A stretch of 64,000 nt of DNA, from positions 3,776,001-3,840,000 of the forward strand of contig CBDCOX010000002.1 of NCBI GenBank assembly GCA_965219995.1, given 5' to 3'. Of this stretch, positions 10,808 through 19,764 are shown one piece after another (the stretch's first letter is position 1; each line of letters starts with the position of its first letter). The translations under genes were made by a program, and so were the position numbers. Under the pieces are notes generated by a model that was not told the DNA's origin, ran no database searches, and saw nothing but the letters and a program-made list of their open reading frames with translations. The DNA is from Candidatus Latescibacterota bacterium (lineage in GTDB: Bacteria > Latescibacterota > UBA2968 > GCA-2709665).

Positions 10808-10999
10808 CCTCAATTCGAAAATCGATAACCGTTAAATCGGCCACAAAAAGCACAAAAGGCGCAAGAGGTATCGGTGCGAAACGGCGTGGGTCGTAACGCC
10901 GTGACCCGGTAGATACGTATCATGGAATTCAGAAGTTAAATCGCCTTTATTCACTTGCACATATTCGAATTAACGTCACCGAAAAATGACGAATCGAGG
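10808..10999. mobile_element. MITE-like element (192 bp) with TTAA target duplication
   Basis: TTAA-CCTCAATTCG ... CGAATCGAGG-TTAA terminal inverted repeats with 1 mismatch; AT-rich non-coding interior. Confidence 0.65.
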
Positions 11000-11013
11000 T
11001 TAAACTCCCGATC

Positions 11014-13428
11014 TCAGATTCGCACCACCTGGTCCACGTCCAGGAACAATTCGAGTACTTTGCCGCGTTTCAGAACACTCACGTCCACCCTGCGTCCGGC
11101 GTCATTGGTGACGTATGCGCCGCCGCCGGGGACCGCCTCGACCCGAATATCGCCGTCGGTCCGGACCTTCAGCACCTCTTTCGCGTAAACAGCTTTTCCT
11201 CCTTCGATCGGCACTTCATACGCCGCGCGCTGTCCGCAGACACGGGTGATGCTCCCGAAGACCGGCACCTCACCACCGGCGACGGTCTCGAACGTGCACA
11301 GCTTCCGCTTCGCCCCGAAGTTGCCGGCGCACAGATATCCATCCACGATCAGGCCGACCGTATCATCCGACGATTCGGCGGTGCTCAGGAACTGGGCCGG
11401 CGTTTTTTCGTGCGGCTGCTCGGGACAGATCATCATTGCAAGCGCACCCGCCTGCTCACCGGCGCGGTACTCCTTCGCCGCCTCGTCCAGGCTCAGAAAC
11501 AGATCGTCGGCCACCGCCCTGAATGCGAACGGAGGAAAATAGTGGCGGTTCACATAGCGGGTGCCGCCGGTCCCCTTGAAGACGATCCCCAGCTGATCGT
11601 CCACGTTCAGCCACCCCGGATCGCGCAGGTCGAACACGACGTCGGCGTCGGGATCATTGCCGGGAAACCCCGGAAACGTCTCCGTTCCGTCCGGGTGATA
11701 AAGGATGCGCTTTCCGTCGCACACGCCGCCGACGAGGGGGAAGTCCTCGTTGACAATTCTGATGAATCCCTGATCGAGCCGCTCTACGATACAGTCTTCC
11801 AACGCATCGAGTTGTTCACTGACCACCATCCGTCCGTCCGGAAGCGAGCAGCACAACACGCGCTGGCGAATCGCGTCCTGGGCCCGGTGGTTGACCATCA
11901 ACGCCGCAAAACCGTCGTCCTTCCGGTTCACTTCCATGACGAGCAAGTCGTGACTCTCCGGACGGTCCTTCACGGTCACGTTGGCCAGCAGACTCCACCG
12001 GCTGGGCCCGACTGTATGCACGCCGTCGCACGTGAACGGCAGCGCCATCATGTAATTCCGCCAGGAGAGGGAGTTTTGTCCTTTCCTATGTCGATGGTGT
12101 ACGAATCCCGAGTGCGGGAACAATCGGACGCCATTGAACTTGCTTGCGATTTCCTCGGCGGACGACGGCGCCGGCGCTTCCGCATCCATCAACCGGTGCA
12201 GGAGGTAGGGCTTCACGATCAAGGCGATCATTTCGGACTCCTTGATCTCCATGGGATCTTCCACCTCGTGGCAGGTGGCCGCAATTTCGGGATCGATCAA
12301 CCGCCCTCCGTTCCCTTCCTGCTTTTTTTCTCTCAGCGCAAGCGAAACTTCCTCGAAATACCCGGCATCGGGGTCCTTCAGGAACAGATAGGCCGATGCG
12401 TGCAGCGCGTGTTGTTCTCCCAGATAGAGGCGGTCCATCCCCTGTGTCGGCATCGCCGACCCGGTCTCGTCCGTCAGCAGTTTGATCGCGTCGTAGACCC
12501 GCTGGCGGTTCCAGTAGGCCTCAGGAGGTTCGGTCCTTCCGTACATCCGGTAGAGCAATCCCAGGGCGGCCACCGACTGGACCCCGGAAGCGGTGTAGCC
12601 GGGGTGGACCATGCCGTGGTTTTCCGCCATGTAGTCCGGCAGCGTGGTAAACGTCTTGCCGGTCAGCGCAGCGGCCGTCAACCCGGATTCCAGCGCCCCC
12701 TGGTTGAACCGGTCCTGCGGGGCCGCGCATGCCGAAAACATCCATCGCCGGGCGCTGGTTTCCCACGCTTCCGCCTGCTCGTGTCCGGACAGAAACAGAT
12801 AACACGCCGCCAGTCCGTGCGCCGTCCACGCGTTCTCTTCCATCTGCGTATCGGCGAATACTCCGCTCTTCGGCGCCATGTCTCCGAACCGTTCGAGATA
12901 GTCCAGGCAGATTTCCGCCAGCATCATCCGCGTTTCGTCGTCCACGTATGGCTGCAGCATCAGGGCGGCGGAGGTCATATTCGCGACGGTCCCGCCGCAC
13001 TGGCTCTCAGGGAAGAACCCCCGGCCCCTTTCCCCCCACTTGGTGCCCCAGGACCTCGGCATTCCCAGCCCCGTGGACGGCCGCAGGCATTCCTCCGGGC
13101 CCGTGTCGTGCGTGAAACAAAGGTATCGGATGGCCTTGATGACGACTTCCCGGAGGTTGTCGATCGACAGTCCCGTAGTCTTCTCGTCGTACTCCGGCGA
13201 GGTGCCCACCGCGGCCAGGGCGTGCAGCGGGACGGCCGTCTCGATGCCGTACCAGTGGACCCCGCCGAAGAAGTGTCCGCAATCGGGGCGCTCCCCCCAA
13301 TCCTCGAAATAGCTCAGCGCGGTGGGAAACCACTTCTGCGCCATCCGCAGATATCGCCGGCTCATCGGGGTCTCGATCGCCGGTATGCACGCGCCTTTCA
13401 GGCTGGTGATCATGTCGGGCGTGACCAC
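11014..13428 (-). CDS. Uncharacterised ~800-aa protein, paralog of 3876..6290
   Basis: 804-aa ORF colinear with 3876..6290 over its whole length. Confidence 0.8.
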   Translation of the reverse strand: MVTPDMITSLKGACIPAIETPMSRRYLRMAQKWFPTALSYFEDWGERPDCGHFFGGVHWYGIETAVPLHALAAVGTSPEYDEKTTGLSIDNLREVVIKAIRYLCFTHDTGPEECLRPSTGLGMPRSWGTKWGERGRGFFPESQCGGTVANMTSAALMLQPYVDDETRMMLAEICLDYLERFGDMAPKSGVFADTQMEENAWTAHGLAACYLFLSGHEQAEAWETSARRWMFSACAAPQDRFNQGALESGLTAAALTGKTFTTLPDYMAENHGMVHPGYTASGVQSVAALGLLYRMYGRTEPPEAYWNRQRVYDAIKLLTDETGSAMPTQGMDRLYLGEQHALHASAYLFLKDPDAGYFEEVSLALREKKQEGNGGRLIDPEIAATCHEVEDPMEIKESEMIALIVKPYLLHRLMDAEAPAPSSAEEIASKFNGVRLFPHSGFVHHRHRKGQNSLSWRNYMMALPFTCDGVHTVGPSRWSLLANVTVKDRPESHDLLVMEVNRKDDGFAALMVNHRAQDAIRQRVLCCSLPDGRMVVSEQLDALEDCIVERLDQGFIRIVNEDFPLVGGVCDGKRILYHPDGTETFPGFPGNDPDADVVFDLRDPGWLNVDDQLGIVFKGTGGTRYVNRHYFPPFAFRAVADDLFLSLDEAAKEYRAGEQAGALAMMICPEQPHEKTPAQFLSTAESSDDTVGLIVDGYLCAGNFGAKRKLCTFETVAGGEVPVFGSITRVCGQRAAYEVPIEGGKAVYAKEVLKVRTDGDIRVEAVPGGGAYVTNDAGRRVDVSVLKRGKVLELFLDVDQVVRI

Positions 13429-13453
13429 GCTCTATCGCTCCTTGAAGAGAATA

Positions 13454-14254
13454 TCAACTCAACATCCGTTCGGCTCGCTTGTGGCAGATTTCCTCCAGCG
13501 TTTCTTCGTCCACCGGCAACACCGCGCACTTCACCGTCGCGGCGGAAGGATAGGAGAACGGCACGTGCGTGCCGAATACGAGGTGGCCCGCGCCGCCCTG
13601 CGCGATGAAATTCGCCAGATCTCCCAGGTCGTTCACGTTTCGGTTCAACGAGTAGTGGACTTCAGCAAGGGACAGGTCGAAATACCAGTCGCGGTCCCGA
13701 ATCTCCTGTCGCCGCCACACGGGGGAACCTGCAATGCCCCGCGCATTGGGGATCACGATGGTTGCTCCCGGTACCGCGGCAATAAGGTTCGCCGCGCCAT
13801 CGAGGTCCAACATCCGTCCGGGATCCATCCAGTGCCTTTGCCGGACGTCCTCGATCCGATGCGGAAGGAACACGGGAAGGTCCCGTTCGGCGCAGGCCGA
13901 AACGACCTTGCGGGCTTCGGGACCATCCACGGCGAATTCATGGTATTGCGGGAACAGCCGCGCGCCCTTCATGCCCAGGTCTTCGTGACACCGGCGCAGG
14001 TCGCCCTCCCAGTTCGCGTCGGCCGCATTGATCGTCGCCATCGGAATCAACCGATCCGTAAACCCCTCCAGGTCCTCCGCCAGACGCTCGTTTGCCGGTT
14101 GGACGCTCCGGTGCAGTATCGCCTCGATCCTCGACACGCAGCCCGTACCGATGCCGGCCCGGTCCAGCCTTCGGATCAGTGTGTCGGGGGTATTGTCCCG
14201 CAATGCCCGAAAAGGCCACGAGCCCAACCAGGCGTTGAGATCGATGTATTTCAC
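13454..14254 (-). CDS. Amidohydrolase family protein with degenerate metal motif
   Basis: IDLNAWLG replaces the DxHxH motif; LVFGT motif; start overlaps the stop of 14251..15093. Confidence 0.8.
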   Translation of the reverse strand: MKYIDLNAWLGSWPFRALRDNTPDTLIRRLDRAGIGTGCVSRIEAILHRSVQPANERLAEDLEGFTDRLIPMATINAADANWEGDLRRCHEDLGMKGARLFPQYHEFAVDGPEARKVVSACAERDLPVFLPHRIEDVRQRHWMDPGRMLDLDGAANLIAAVPGATIVIPNARGIAGSPVWRRQEIRDRDWYFDLSLAEVHYSLNRNVNDLGDLANFIAQGGAGHLVFGTHVPFSYPSAATVKCAVLPVDEETLEEICHKRAERMLS

Positions 14255-15093
14255 GCCGGAACCTCCTTCCCCTGCCGGAGCGGCGCCGCGCCCTGGGCGG
14301 CCAGAATCCGCTCCGCGTTGTCCCAGAAAATCATGTCCTTTTCCTTATCCGTCAGCGTGGCATCGATGACCTTTCCCACGCTGCCGGACATGGTGCCGTC
14401 TGTGCCGAACAGCACCCGGTCCGGGCCCATTTCCGCCACCGCCAGCTCGACCTGCCCGTCGTCCAGATTGCTGCCGCTGACGTCGCAGACCAGGCTGCGC
14501 GACGTGCCCCGCATCGCGCGAATGGTGTTTTCCCAGTCGCCGCCGCCGCCGATGTGGGCGTGGATGACCATCGCCTCCGGATACCGGCGGTTCATAGCGG
14601 CGAAGTGGCGACCGTTGGAAATCAGCGGTTGTCCGTCGAGGAATTCCCTGGAGGTGGGGAGGCCCGCGTGCTCCAGAAGGGGGACCTTGCGCTCGACGAT
14701 GCGTTCGATGACCGGAACCACGGCCGGATCGTCGATGCGGTACTGGTTGTAGAGTTTGAGGCCGATCATCCCCGCGTCCAGGCAACGGTCAATCTCGTCC
14801 AACGCGTGACGATAATGTCCCGGAATGACGAAACACAGGCCCCGAATATGGTCGGGAAAGCGTTTCATGGCCCTCAGCACGGCATCGTTCTCCGCGCGTA
14901 CTTCCTCGATACCGGCAAGCCGCCCGCCCGTAATTGGCGACGAACACCAGAATTCGGTAATGCCCAGCATGTCGCCCGTCGAGATCAGCCGCTCGGCGGA
15001 CGTCGCCTCGTCCGCCTCGTTCCCCAGATTCCAGACGTGGCAGTGCACGTCGATCTTGGGCCGGCGGAGCCATCTTTCGATATCCAGACTCAT
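14251..15093 (-). CDS. Amidohydrolase family protein (Amidohydro_2)
   Basis: IDVHCH, LEHAG, AHIGGG and VLFGTD motifs. Confidence 0.9.
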   Translation of the reverse strand: MSLDIERWLRRPKIDVHCHVWNLGNEADEATSAERLISTGDMLGITEFWCSSPITGGRLAGIEEVRAENDAVLRAMKRFPDHIRGLCFVIPGHYRHALDEIDRCLDAGMIGLKLYNQYRIDDPAVVPVIERIVERKVPLLEHAGLPTSREFLDGQPLISNGRHFAAMNRRYPEAMVIHAHIGGGGDWENTIRAMRGTSRSLVCDVSGSNLDDGQVELAVAEMGPDRVLFGTDGTMSGSVGKVIDATLTDKEKDMIFWDNAERILAAQGAAPLRQGKEVPA

Positions 15094-15127
15094 TTCAAAT
15101 CCTCCGAAGGTTTGAAGGCGAAAAAAG

Positions 15128-15597
15128 CGATCAGCTATCAGCTGTCAGCTGTCAGCTATCAGCCGTCAGCTAAGATCAAATACAAAACCCCTTTCCCCAA
15201 ATTCCCTGCCTACGGCGTGTTCCTTTTGAAGCGACCAAAAGGAACCAAAAGTCGCCGCTGGGCGCGGGGCCTGCCTTATGCATGGCGCGAATACCCTCAC
15301 AGGACTCACCCGATACGCTGGCCTGCCAGCCTCGGAGGATATTCTAAGTCGGTGCGGGACGGAACAACGCGCCCTGCTCTGGCAGTACTCGCGAAGGACC
15401 CTGCGCTCGATAGCCGAATGGCATTCTGAGAGCGAGACCTTTCCCCCGGCACGTCATTAACCCTGTAGATCGACCCATCACAGTTCACCGCTCCCGTGGG
15501 AAGGGGGCCAGGGGGCAGGTCTCGCCCGGTGGGTCAGGCGCCTTTGGAATGGGCAGGGCGGAGAGCTGGCTGCTGACAGCTTACGGCTGATAGCTAC
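15128..15597. repeat. Structured non-coding region bracketed by inverted TCAGCT(A/G) heptamer arrays
   Basis: tcagcta/tcagctg array at ~15131-15172 and inverted gctgacagc...gctgatagct at ~15565-15596; internal stems such as gagacctttcccccggc / gccagggggcaggtctc. Confidence 0.65.
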
Positions 15598-17358
15598 TTA
15601 TTCCCTGTCCCATGGAAACACGAACGTCGGCGGGTTCACGTACCGCTGTGTGGTGACCACGAGTTGGCTGCCGCTTCCGGGCGCCAGTCGTACCGTGAAG
15701 AACGGAGAATCCAGGGATCGGGTCTTGCCATCAACCTCGACCGCGGTCACCTGATGCTCGGCATAGGCCCCCGCCTGGACGATCACGGTCCGATGATCCA
15801 CCGGATTCACGTTCACCAGCGAGACCGTGGCCGTTTCGTCCGTCAGCCCCTCGACCAGCGCCGCCACGTCCTCGGGTATCCCCGCCCGCCGACGCGCGGG
15901 GTCGAAGTACCGCAGGCGGCAGTGCAGCGGTTCGCCATAACGCGGGGTCAGTCCGCCCAGCATCAACTGGGTCAGACAGCTGTTGATGGCCGGATTGAAC
16001 TTCAGCGTATCGTCCGACATCCGGGTATCGGGGGTACTGGTATCGGCGCGCATGCCGTTCGCCTTGTCACGGATGGACGCGAATTCCCGGCGCAGCGCCG
16101 CCTCGGCAAATCCCCCGTTTTCTCCATCCAGAAACGTCAGCCACGCGTTCCCCGGCACGTATTTAAGGTCCGCCCGATCCATCGACCAGTAGTAGACGTC
16201 CAGCGCGCCCTGGCTGTAGGGCGACTCCTGGTAGTCGTACCAGCCGTCGTCGCCGTACATGTGCGGGTACATCGTTCTGCCGTCCAACGTGCGGGTATTC
16301 GCGTTCACGGCCGCGATCATCCCGCGCCATACGTCCACGTATTTCTGTTCCCCCGTCAACATCAGCGCGTTTCCGAAGCCCGCCACCCCGCGGGAAATCG
16401 CATTCCTGTTGGACAATTCACCCGTCTGCGGCACGACTACCGTGAACCCCCAGCCGTAACACCCGCCATACCACTTGCCATCGCACTCGCCGCCGATTGT
16501 ACCGTCCAGTCCGATGTTGCTGGGGAGAATCCCGTTGTTCGCGGCGGCCCGTTCCGCCCATGCATCCACGTAGTCGACGACCCAATCCCTGTATTTTTCC
16601 TCCGAACCGACCATAAAAGCGTTGAGGCCGAGGGTCGTGGCCGCCAGATTGATGGGATGGTCGCCGACCACGTCCGTATAATCCTCGAAATGCGCCAGCA
16701 TCTCCTCGAAATTGCGCTCGCCATGCGCCGGGTCGAATCGCCCCTCGACCTCGATCGGGTCGCCCGCCCAGTCCAGCGCCGTCGCCTTTCTGAGCAGCGG
16801 CCCCCGGCTTCCGGTAAACAGGCTGCGGATGATTCTGTGCTCCGGATCGTAATTCTTCGCCTGCGGGTCCTCATCCATATAGAATCCCGCGTACCGGCGG
16901 GCCCGGTGCTGAAAGTCGATGTCGTACGGATCGGACAGACCCTGCAGATTGAAGACGGCCAGGCTCTCGCCGTGGTGGAACCAGTCCAGGCTCACCGGGA
17001 ACTCTTTATAGATCATCCCCTCCCGGGCCAGCGGCACCTCGACGGTCTTTGCCTCCGTATACTGCAGGAGGTGTCCTTCCCAACCCAGCTTGTACATCTT
17101 CAGAATGCTCTCAGGCGCCCCGACGGCGTGCAGGATGGGCCAGCCCGTCAGGTTTTCGATCGCGTCGTCCGGCCCGTCATTACCGCCCCATCGGGGCACG
17201 CACTGCAGATAGCCGCGCGAGTCAAAGTATCGATTGAAAAACTCCTCGCACGCCTGCGTTTGGGCCCGGATCAGCGCTCGTTCGAGCAACGCCCATTCCG
17301 GCGGCGGCATGGGCGTCTCGATCGAAACGGTCAACGCATTGGGATTCACCTTTGACAT
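15598..17358 (-). CDS. Conserved hypothetical protein (586 aa, possibly alpha/alpha-toroid glycosidase-like)
   Basis: Long ORF with natural composition (RWGGNDGPDDAIEN, DWFHHGE); fold assignment is a guess. Confidence 0.75.
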   Translation of the reverse strand: MSKVNPNALTVSIETPMPPPEWALLERALIRAQTQACEEFFNRYFDSRGYLQCVPRWGGNDGPDDAIENLTGWPILHAVGAPESILKMYKLGWEGHLLQYTEAKTVEVPLAREGMIYKEFPVSLDWFHHGESLAVFNLQGLSDPYDIDFQHRARRYAGFYMDEDPQAKNYDPEHRIIRSLFTGSRGPLLRKATALDWAGDPIEVEGRFDPAHGERNFEEMLAHFEDYTDVVGDHPINLAATTLGLNAFMVGSEEKYRDWVVDYVDAWAERAAANNGILPSNIGLDGTIGGECDGKWYGGCYGWGFTVVVPQTGELSNRNAISRGVAGFGNALMLTGEQKYVDVWRGMIAAVNANTRTLDGRTMYPHMYGDDGWYDYQESPYSQGALDVYYWSMDRADLKYVPGNAWLTFLDGENGGFAEAALRREFASIRDKANGMRADTSTPDTRMSDDTLKFNPAINSCLTQLMLGGLTPRYGEPLHCRLRYFDPARRRAGIPEDVAALVEGLTDETATVSLVNVNPVDHRTVIVQAGAYAEHQVTAVEVDGKTRSLDSPFFTVRLAPGSGSQLVVTTQRYVNPPTFVFPWDRE

Positions 17359-17400
17359 TACCAGATCCTCTCAATCGTGGTTTGATTGACGCCTGGTTTT

Positions 17401-17440
17401 CTCCCCCTTTCCCTCCGGGAGAGGGGGATGGGGGGAGAGG
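17401..17440. repeat. REP-like GC palindrome (CCCCTTTCCCTCCGGGAGAGGGG type)
   Basis: ccccctttccc-tcc-gggagagggggatggggggagagg; a related sequence lies at ~15491-15520. Confidence 0.55.
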
Positions 17441-17449
17441 TCGCCAAAA

Positions 17450-17580
17450 AGCGGTGAGACGTGAGCGGTGAGACGGTAGATGACGTCTTTGCCCGTTTGG
17501 TTTTTCCTTTATGCCTGCGGCAAAAAGTGAAACCGGGCACGGCGGACAATCTCTCCCGTCTCCCGTCTTACGTCTCCCGG
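17450..17580 (+). repeat. Heptamer-armed dispersed element, copy B
   Basis: gtgagacggtagatgacgtctttgccc...atgcctgcggcaaaaagtgaaacc...ggacaatctctcccgtctcccgtcttacgtctc. Confidence 0.85.
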
Positions 17581-17716
17581 CTTTTCAACAAAATAGCCAA
17601 TGAAAACATCGGATACAACGCAAAAGGGCGTGGCCTCGACGGTTTGCATTGGTTTCCGACGGGATCGATCGCCGGTGCTCAGGATCGTGGCCTGCGGGCC
17701 AAAAATACGAAAGATC

Positions 17717-17745
17717 TTGACCGGAATTCGCGGCTGTTCTATTAT
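17717..17745 (+). promoter_or_regulatory. Sigma70-type promoter for the rhodanese gene
   Basis: TTGACC-17 bp-TATTAT. Confidence 0.6.
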
Positions 17746-17811
17746 TATCTTCCCAATTTACCAGATCCACCAACGCGACAAGGATTGCTGTCACAACGAA
17801 CGGCAGGTCAA

Positions 17812-18210
17812 ATGAATAACGGAATTGCACACTACCAGAACAAGCTGAAATACGAGATCGATTCGTACGACCTGTGTGAGGGGTTGAACGCGGGCGAGGA
17901 CATCGTCGTCGTAGACACGAGGTCTTCGGAGGCGTACGCAGAACGACACATTCCGGGCGCCTTAAGCCTGCCGCACCGGACGATGGACGAGAGGAGCACG
18001 TCCCGGCTGGACAAAGAAACGCTCTATGTCACTTACTGCGACGGTATCGGCTGCAATGCGTCCACCAAAGGCGCGCTGAAATTGGCCAGGCTGGGTTTCA
18101 ACGTCAAGGAACTCATGGGCGGGCTGGACTGGTGGATGAGGGACGGATACGAAACCGAGGGTCGGGACGCTACCGAAGACACGGATCCGGTGTGTTGCTG
18201 CTGCTGTTGA
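17812..18210 (+). CDS. Rhodanese-like domain protein with C-terminal CCCCC
   Basis: Start at MNNGIAHY; VVDTR, HIPGA, YCDGIGCNAS and ELMGGLDWW motifs. Confidence 0.9.
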   Translation: MNNGIAHYQNKLKYEIDSYDLCEGLNAGEDIVVVDTRSSEAYAERHIPGALSLPHRTMDERSTSRLDKETLYVTYCDGIGCNASTKGALKLARLGFNVKELMGGLDWWMRDGYETEGRDATEDTDPVCCCCC

Positions 18211-18253
18211 CGCGGTGAATCTGCATCGTTTTTTGCCGCAATTCGCAAATGTC

Positions 18254-18282
18254 TTGACTATCAGCCCCGACTTTTCTATTTT
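18254..18282 (+). promoter_or_regulatory. Sigma70-type promoter of the his leader operon
   Basis: TTGACT-17 bp-TATTTT. Confidence 0.6.
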
Positions 18283-18351
18283 TAGGCCGCCATGAATACG
18301 ATGAATGATATCCGGAACACGTACCGGAATTCGATCAGCACCCTATCCAGG

Positions 18352-18435
18352 ATGACGTGCGCCCACACCGCCCATCACCATACGCACCATAGCGCGTACG
18401 CGACTCTTCGCGCGATTTGCCCGGCGGTGGACTAG
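18352..18435 (+). CDS. hisL: Histidine operon leader peptide MTCAHTAHHHTHHSAYATLRAICPAVD
   Basis: Six His codons within 9 codons; in-frame upstream ATGs at 18292 and 18301; followed by an intrinsic terminator; upstream of hisI-hisG. Confidence 0.8.
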   Translation: MTCAHTAHHHTHHSAYATLRAICPAVD

Positions 18436-18462
18436 GTCAGAGAGAATAAAGCAGTATACTTT

Positions 18463-18493
18463 AGCCCGCTGTCGAGAGACGGCGGGCTTTTTT
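18463..18493 (+). terminator. Attenuator terminator hairpin
   Basis: AGCCCGCTGTC-gaga-GACGGCGGGCT followed by a T run. Confidence 0.85.
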
Positions 18494-18569
18494 GATGGGC
18501 AGCGATGAACGGTTTTACCATGCAAGGTAATCCGACCAGGCGGATTGATCCTGAAAAGGAGACGGACAA

Positions 18570-19292
18570 ATGCCACGCAATGACGACGCTTACGGGCGCA
18601 TGATGTGGGACTTCCATCGCGGCATTCCCGCCCGGGAAATCGTGGAACGCGAAGACGGATGCATCTCCGCCGGCAAATCGAGCGACTATTTCAAGCCCTT
18701 TTCCGAGTGGCCGCCTCAGCAGCAGGAGTCGATGAACCACGTGTCGGGACGCGTCCTGGATATCGGCTGCGGGCCGGGACGGCACGCCCTCCATCTGCAA
18801 CACGAGGGATTCGACGTACTGGGCATCGACAGGTCGCCCCTGGCGATCAGAGTCGCCCGTGAACGCGGCCTCACGAATGCCAGGGTTCTGAACGTCACAC
18901 AGATATCCTATCGGCTCGGTCAGATCGATACGATTCTCATGCTGGGCGCCAACTTCGGTCTCTTCGGGAATCTGAAACGCGCCCGGTGGCTGTTGCGGAA
19001 AATGCGCAATATGACGTCTTCCGGCGGACGGATTATCGCCGAAACCAGGGACCCCTACGAAACCACGAGTAGAGTGCATCTGGACTATCACGAATCGAAC
19101 CGCAGGCGCGGCAGGTTCTCGTGCCAGCTCAGAATCCGGATCCGGTACGAACGATACAGGGACGCGTGGTTCGACTACCTGCAGGTGTCCCGAAAAGAGA
19201 TGGCATTCATTCTCGAAGACACCGGCTGGCGGATTTCGAGATTCATTCCTGATACCGGCGCCGTGTACGTCGCGATCCTGGAGAAAGTCTGA
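18570..19292 (+). CDS. Class I SAM-dependent methyltransferase
   Basis: VLDIGCGPGRHAL motif I; EIVEREDG; AGGAG RBS. Confidence 0.9.
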   Translation: MPRNDDAYGRMMWDFHRGIPAREIVEREDGCISAGKSSDYFKPFSEWPPQQQESMNHVSGRVLDIGCGPGRHALHLQHEGFDVLGIDRSPLAIRVARERGLTNARVLNVTQISYRLGQIDTILMLGANFGLFGNLKRARWLLRKMRNMTSSGGRIIAETRDPYETTSRVHLDYHESNRRRGRFSCQLRIRIRYERYRDAWFDYLQVSRKEMAFILEDTGWRISRFIPDTGAVYVAILEKV

Positions 19293-19332
19293 AACGCACC
19301 GACCCAGAATCCCGCACAAAGAGGATATCGTC

Positions 19333-19761
19333 ATGGCTATGGACAACAAACTCGAAGAAGGCACATCGATTCAACTCGACTTCGGGAAACTGAACAGGGT
19401 TGCCCGGACCGGCCACTCGGTCATCCCCGTCGCGGTTCAGGACGTGGAGAGCAAAGCCGTTCTCCTCATCGGCTACGCCAATCAACAGGCGCTCGACCAC
19501 GCGCTCCAACACGGCGTGGCGACGTTCTGGAGCACGTCGCGAAACGAACTCTGGATCAAGGGGGCGACGTCTGGGGACACGCTCGAACTGGTCGACGTGC
19601 GCGTGAACTGCGAGCAGAATTCCCTGCTATACATGGTGCGCATGAAGGGTGAGGGATCGTGTCACACGAAGGAAAACGGCCGCGCCCGGTATGGTTGCTA
19701 TTACCGCAGCATCGACAACGGGAATCTGACGTTTGTGGATCCCGGAACTATCTCGGAGTAA
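19333..19761 (+). CDS. hisI: Phosphoribosyl-AMP cyclohydrolase
   Basis: FWSTSRNELWIKGATSG, NCEQNSLL, SCHT and CYYR motifs. Confidence 0.9.
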   Translation: MAMDNKLEEGTSIQLDFGKLNRVARTGHSVIPVAVQDVESKAVLLIGYANQQALDHALQHGVATFWSTSRNELWIKGATSGDTLELVDVRVNCEQNSLLYMVRMKGEGSCHTKENGRARYGCYYRSIDNGNLTFVDPGTISE

Positions 19762-19764
19762 CCC

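Noticed and set aside
18190-18240. Possible selenocysteine read-through at the TGA after CCCCC
   Set aside because: No convincing bacterial SECIS hairpin and no meaningful downstream coding continuation
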